Position numbers and translations under genes: made by a program. The notes under the pieces were generated by a model, which worked only from the letters and a program-made list of their open reading frames with translations, had not been told where the DNA came from and did not search any database. Of a stretch of DNA of 27,139 nt, positions 23,245 through 27,139 are shown piece after piece (within the stretch, counting starts at the first letter, position 1; every line of letters starts with the position of its first letter). Source of the DNA: Methanobacteriota archaeon (GTDB taxonomy: Archaea; Thermoplasmatota; Poseidoniia; Poseidoniales; Poseidoniaceae); assembly GCA_018649825.1 (NCBI GenBank), contig JABIHC010000113.1, forward strand, positions 1 through 27,139, given 5' to 3'.

Positions 23245-26200
23245 ATGGAAGCAAGGACGCGCATCACCTGCTTGATCTTATGCAGCCTATTGCTAAGCAG
23301 TTTTGCCCCCATCGCAATGGCCGAAGAATCGAGTTTCATGATTGAAGCATATTGGGTGGGAGAAGATGGCATTAGCAGTGCTCATATTTGGAAAATTTCT
23401 ACTGAATCAGAGCCAGAATCCCTCAATAGCCTTACTTTCCACATACTTCACGAAGATGTATTTGGGTTAGTCGTTTATGAGAATACAACAAACCTTTCTT
23501 CACTCAATGGCTCCTCTTCAACAGGTGAATGGGTTGCATTTTTCCCTTCTCCAAGTGCCTTGGGATTTGCCGACCAAATATTGCTTGAAGTCCTTGATGG
23601 TTCAACAGTTCTCGCATCAAGAGGAATATCTGTTTCTCAATGGAACGAACCATTGGAGGATCATGAGATTACAATTTCAACCGAATGGGAAATAGACCAA
23701 AACTACGAGGATGAAAATGGCACCCAAATGTACACCTTGTTTTTCGACGGACAGGGTTGGCAACAGCGTGTTGGTACAACATTAGTCGCTAATGAGCTTG
23801 GTACTGGCACTCTATTTGTTTCAGAGAATTCAGTAGATGATTCAATGACTTTAGATTTGACATTAACTTCTATCTGGCGAAATGAGACTTCAGAAAGTGG
23901 TGTTTTGGATGCACAGGAGTTTGAAGCACGCGGAATGGGCAATTTGCTCTTTTCCGACTTTTCAAGTGGCTCAAATACATCAATCAGTGCAAATGTAACC
24001 TCAGCAATATTCAACCGTTCATATGAGGATGGTTCGCATAGTGAGAGGATATTTCTTAATGCATATGGTGGATTGACTATTGCCGAAGAAGGGGATGGAG
24101 ATAATGGAACTTGGATTGAAGGTGTTCTAAATCAATTTGTTCTTGATAACATCGATGTTGATGGAATTAGGACTTATTCATATTTACATTTTGATGCTGA
24201 TGCTCAAATGGAAATAATTGATGGTGATGACCGCCTCGATATTGATTTAAATCGCTTGGTTCAAACAGAAGAATGGCAAGATGGTATTAGAATTGATCAG
24301 TATTCTTTAATTCATGGAGACGGTACTTTTGGTGCTGCAGATGAGGAAGATAATGGAACTGCAAATATTAATGGAACAATTATTGAAATCAAGCAAGAGA
24401 GTATTGATGGATTAACTACGGCCGACCGATTACATGTTGATGGAACAATTGAAGGTGATGCTTCAGGTGAATTTGGCATGTTGCGATATATTTCTGAAAC
24501 TGGTCAATGGAATAATTATAATGGAACTGAATTTGACATTAATGTAATTCACCAACAATTTTGGTTGAATCTTACAAGCGTAGGCGGTTGGTCAAATGGA
24601 GGTCAAGGTGCAGGTTCTCAACATAATGAAACTTGGTCATACGATACACCTCAAATTGATTGGGAAAACAACACCATTTTCCGCCGTTGGGACAGTTCTG
24701 GTATCCTTGAAAATTCCGATGGTGAGGAATATCCAAATGATTCGCCCATTCAAAATCAGCCCGAAGCCACCGATGCCGAAGAGGGCCTCGGAGAAGCGAA
24801 CATTTCTCGTGAATCGGGGCTTGTTCCAGTACCATTGATGCCAGGAGATGAAGTAATTCTTGATAATAATGAGGAATTAGTAATGCATGTGTCTGCAACA
24901 GGATTGGGTGCTTTGGTGAAGGACGGCCATTCTTTGGCAGTCACTCAATGGACTGGAGTTTATGTTGCAGCAGATAATGGCACAGCGAGCGGTTCTGTAA
25001 TCAATAACGGCGTATTAAATGGCCTGATTGCCGAGGTAGTACGCGTTGTAGAAACTGAAAATACTCAAGGGGAGCCGTTGTGGTTTAATGAAAGCCAAAC
25101 TATTGAAAGAGTACTTTCTCCAAGTATTGTTAGTAGTTCTGAGAATTCACCACCTTCCATCATTTCTTCCGGAATAACCGAAGGACTTGTAGTAAATGAA
25201 ATGGGTTCTACTGCACATTTGTTTGTGCAAATTGAAGATGTTGATTGGAATACAATTAACGTTTCTGTTGACCTTTCTGAGTTTGAATTGGGGGTAATTG
25301 AATTAAATGACAAAGGTCTTGATGGTGACGAGGGTATTAATGATGATACATGGACTGCTGAATTCAAATATGCTGGAATATTGCATGGCGACTTTTCCGC
25401 TAATATTTCCGTAGTAGATTACTGGGGGGCTAGTGCAGAAGGAGTTCTAAATTTGACTATTTTTAATCAAGCGCCACGCCTAACGGACTTTGAATTCACT
25501 CCATCTCAAATTATTAGAGGTGATAGTATTATTGTAAATGCCGAGGTTTATGATGGCAATGGTGTTACTGAGGTAGCCCTTGATTTCCGCCTTGACGGGG
25601 GGTTATTAGTCCCCCTCGAATATAATTCGATAATTTCATTATGGAGTGCAATGATTGAAATTCCGGATGCTCTCAACCCCGGTGAATATGCAATAAAGAT
25701 AATGATGATTGATGGCGATGGAGCCACAATTACTGTCACAGATATGCAATTATCTGCAATTCATGGAGTCAATACTGACGGTGATGAAATCCCCCTCTTG
25801 ACTATTCTAAATGATGGGCCTGTCATTGATGTTGTAAGCATTGATGCAAATCCAATTCTTCGGCCTACAGAATCAACTGGTACCCAAATAATCACTGCAC
25901 ATGTTACTGATGTAGACGGCATGCATTCTGTATTAATTGAATTATCAGATTTATCACCGCCGGGACAACAAGGGCATTGGCAATCCATGCGGGATGATGG
26001 TCAAGGCGATGATGCTCAAGCAAATGATGGCATTTGGACTTATACTTTAGAAACAAGAACAGGCATGCCGCTTGGAACCTTTGCAGTCACCGTGAAGGCG
26101 ATTGATGTTTTCGGCGCATGGAATACCGACGATAGCCTCGGGGTTGTAGTCGCTATTGATGATGGAGGAGACGACGGCCCTCCATCTCCAAACTCCTTAT

Positions 26201-26328
26201 TTGATAATTCAGCAGTTATTTTTGGAATGATCGGAGTGTTGGCGCTAATTGCAATCGGCGTAGTTATTTTGATCATTCGTGGGGATGGCGAAGAAGACGG
26301 CGGAATGGATTGGGGTTCACCTCAATAA
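23245..26328 (+). CDS. Giant acidic, sequon-rich cell-surface protein (1027 aa) with signal peptide, C-terminal Ig-like domains and TM anchor
   Basis: The signal peptide is MEARTRITCLILCSLLLSSFAPIAMA/EE. More than 20 N-x-S/T sequons are present. The C-terminal third has three Ig-like modules, each ending in the pattern L.D.G..GD..(A/I)NDG.WT (for example LNDKGLDGDEGINDDTWTAEF and MRDDGQGDDAQANDGIWTYTL). The TM segment AVIFGMIGVLALIAIGVVILII is followed by a short acidic tail. Confidence 0.8.
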   Translation: MEARTRITCLILCSLLLSSFAPIAMAEESSFMIEAYWVGEDGISSAHIWKISTESEPESLNSLTFHILHEDVFGLVVYENTTNLSSLNGSSSTGEWVAFFPSPSALGFADQILLEVLDGSTVLASRGISVSQWNEPLEDHEITISTEWEIDQNYEDENGTQMYTLFFDGQGWQQRVGTTLVANELGTGTLFVSENSVDDSMTLDLTLTSIWRNETSESGVLDAQEFEARGMGNLLFSDFSSGSNTSISANVTSAIFNRSYEDGSHSERIFLNAYGGLTIAEEGDGDNGTWIEGVLNQFVLDNIDVDGIRTYSYLHFDADAQMEIIDGDDRLDIDLNRLVQTEEWQDGIRIDQYSLIHGDGTFGAADEEDNGTANINGTIIEIKQESIDGLTTADRLHVDGTIEGDASGEFGMLRYISETGQWNNYNGTEFDINVIHQQFWLNLTSVGGWSNGGQGAGSQHNETWSYDTPQIDWENNTIFRRWDSSGILENSDGEEYPNDSPIQNQPEATDAEEGLGEANISRESGLVPVPLMPGDEVILDNNEELVMHVSATGLGALVKDGHSLAVTQWTGVYVAADNGTASGSVINNGVLNGLIAEVVRVVETENTQGEPLWFNESQTIERVLSPSIVSSSENSPPSIISSGITEGLVVNEMGSTAHLFVQIEDVDWNTINVSVDLSEFELGVIELNDKGLDGDEGINDDTWTAEFKYAGILHGDFSANISVVDYWGASAEGVLNLTIFNQAPRLTDFEFTPSQIIRGDSIIVNAEVYDGNGVTEVALDFRLDGGLLVPLEYNSIISLWSAMIEIPDALNPGEYAIKIMMIDGDGATITVTDMQLSAIHGVNTDGDEIPLLTILNDGPVIDVVSIDANPILRPTESTGTQIITAHVTDVDGMHSVLIELSDLSPPGQQGHWQSMRDDGQGDDAQANDGIWTYTLETRTGMPLGTFAVTVKAIDVFGAWNTDDSLGVVVAIDDGGDDGPPSPNSLFDNSAVIFGMIGVLALIAIGVVILIIRGDGEEDGGMDWGSPQ

Positions 26329-26452
26329 TTTCTCACTTTCAAGTCACCCGTGGCATTAGGTTTGAGCACCAATCTTCATACAATTGGAGACTACTTCAAG
26401 TGTTGCCTTTAAGAGAGGCCGGACAATAGTGGGATTGTTCGGGGGCCCAACC

Positions 26453-27139
26453 ATGGCAGGCAAAGATGAAGAAAATATGACTTTAAGGGTAGCAAAGGCA
26501 ATACCATCTGACGTAGGACATGGTCGTGCGCGTATTTCTGGAGAAAATGATTTGGGATTAAAGCCTGGCGATATTGTTGAAATAAAGGGCAATAAGCGAA
26601 TCACTGCAGCAATTTATTGGCGTAGTAGGCCCGAAGACAATTCAATGGATTTAATTCGCGTTGATGGAATAATTCGTAAAAATGCCGGAGTTAGCCTTGG
26701 CGATAGAGTTGAAGTTCGAAAGGTTGAAGTTAAAGCCTGCAAAAAATTGACCTTATCTCCTGTGATGGCAAATAAGCAAAAGGTAAAATTTGGCAGCGGA
26801 ATTGAAGGCTTTGCTCGTAGAGGTCTCAACAAACGACCGGTTGTAGCAGGTGACCGCATTTTTATTCCTGGGATGACATTATTCGCTGAAGCCCTCCCAT
26901 TTGCAATCGTTCAAACAACTCCTAAAGGAATTGTCCAAGTTACCGGTGATACTGAAATCATCATTAAAGATGAGTCCATTGATGAAGAAGATGTGGGCCA
27001 ATCTGCAGGAATAACTTACGAAGATATTGGTGGCATTGGTACACAATTGCAAAAAGTTAGAGAGATGATAGAACTCCCTCTAAAACATCCTGAATTATTC
27101 AGGAGGCTTGGCATTGATCCGCCAAAAGGAGTATTGCTT
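26453..27139 (+). CDS. cdc48: Cdc48/VCP-type AAA+ ATPase, N-terminal part (continues beyond the window)
   Basis: This ORF is absent from the ORF track because it runs off the edge. Translation gives [91 protein letters not shown]...[43 protein letters not shown]. This is the Cdc48 N-domain double-psi barrel plus the start of D1. The start is ATG 26453 or ATG 26477. The minus-strand ORFs 26356..26604 and 26614..26859 are antisense artefacts. Confidence 0.9.
   Translation, partial: MAGKDEENMTLRVAKAIPSDVGHGRARISGENDLGLKPGDIVEIKGNKRITAAIYWRSRPEDNSMDLIRVDGIIRKNAGVSLGDRVEVRKVEVKACKKLTLSPVMANKQKVKFGSGIEGFARRGLNKRPVVAGDRIFIPGMTLFAEALPFAIVQTTPKGIVQVTGDTEIIIKDESIDEEDVGQSAGITYEDIGGIGTQLQKVREMIELPLKHPELFRRLGIDPPKGVLL

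Noticed and set aside
26356-26859. Two minus-strand ORFs (82 and 81 aa)
   Set aside because: They are antisense to the unmistakable Cdc48 N-domain reading frame on the plus strand, which the track omits only because it is truncated by the window end.

Overview
This window is a gene-dense chromosomal segment, most likely from a marine planktonic euryarchaeote; the MG-II/III-like lineage guess is inference. Archaeal informational genes are clear: TFS, the Nop5-fibrillarin pair and Cdc48. They sit among bacterial-type metabolic and repair genes (RibA-NADAR fusion, AsnB, Fpg/MutM, Sco1, BioY, PepA, M14 carboxypeptidase, CutA) and several very large, acidic, sequon-rich surface proteins. Nt 1..10317 is one long minus-strand block and 12146..18198 is a plus-strand block. 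No rRNA, tRNA, CRISPR array, transposase or integrase could be supported. The items most worth follow-up are these. (1) An agmatinase gene is followed by a fusion of a pyruvoyl (AdoMetDC/ArgDC-type) decarboxylase to a deoxyhypusine-synthase-like module, which appears to lack the canonical catalytic lysine. (2) A translationally coupled three-gene operon encodes two Reeler-like surface proteins, each with a Cys...Cys-His motif starting at residue 35, plus a 5-TM membrane protein. (3) An operon combines a two-domain glycosyltransferase, a RibA-NADAR fusion and AsnB. (4) The unusually long intergenic region upstream of that operon carries a bipartite motif repeated with a 97-bp period. All functional calls come from reading motifs by eye, since no searches could be run. 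Start codons are often ambiguous, and alternatives are given.
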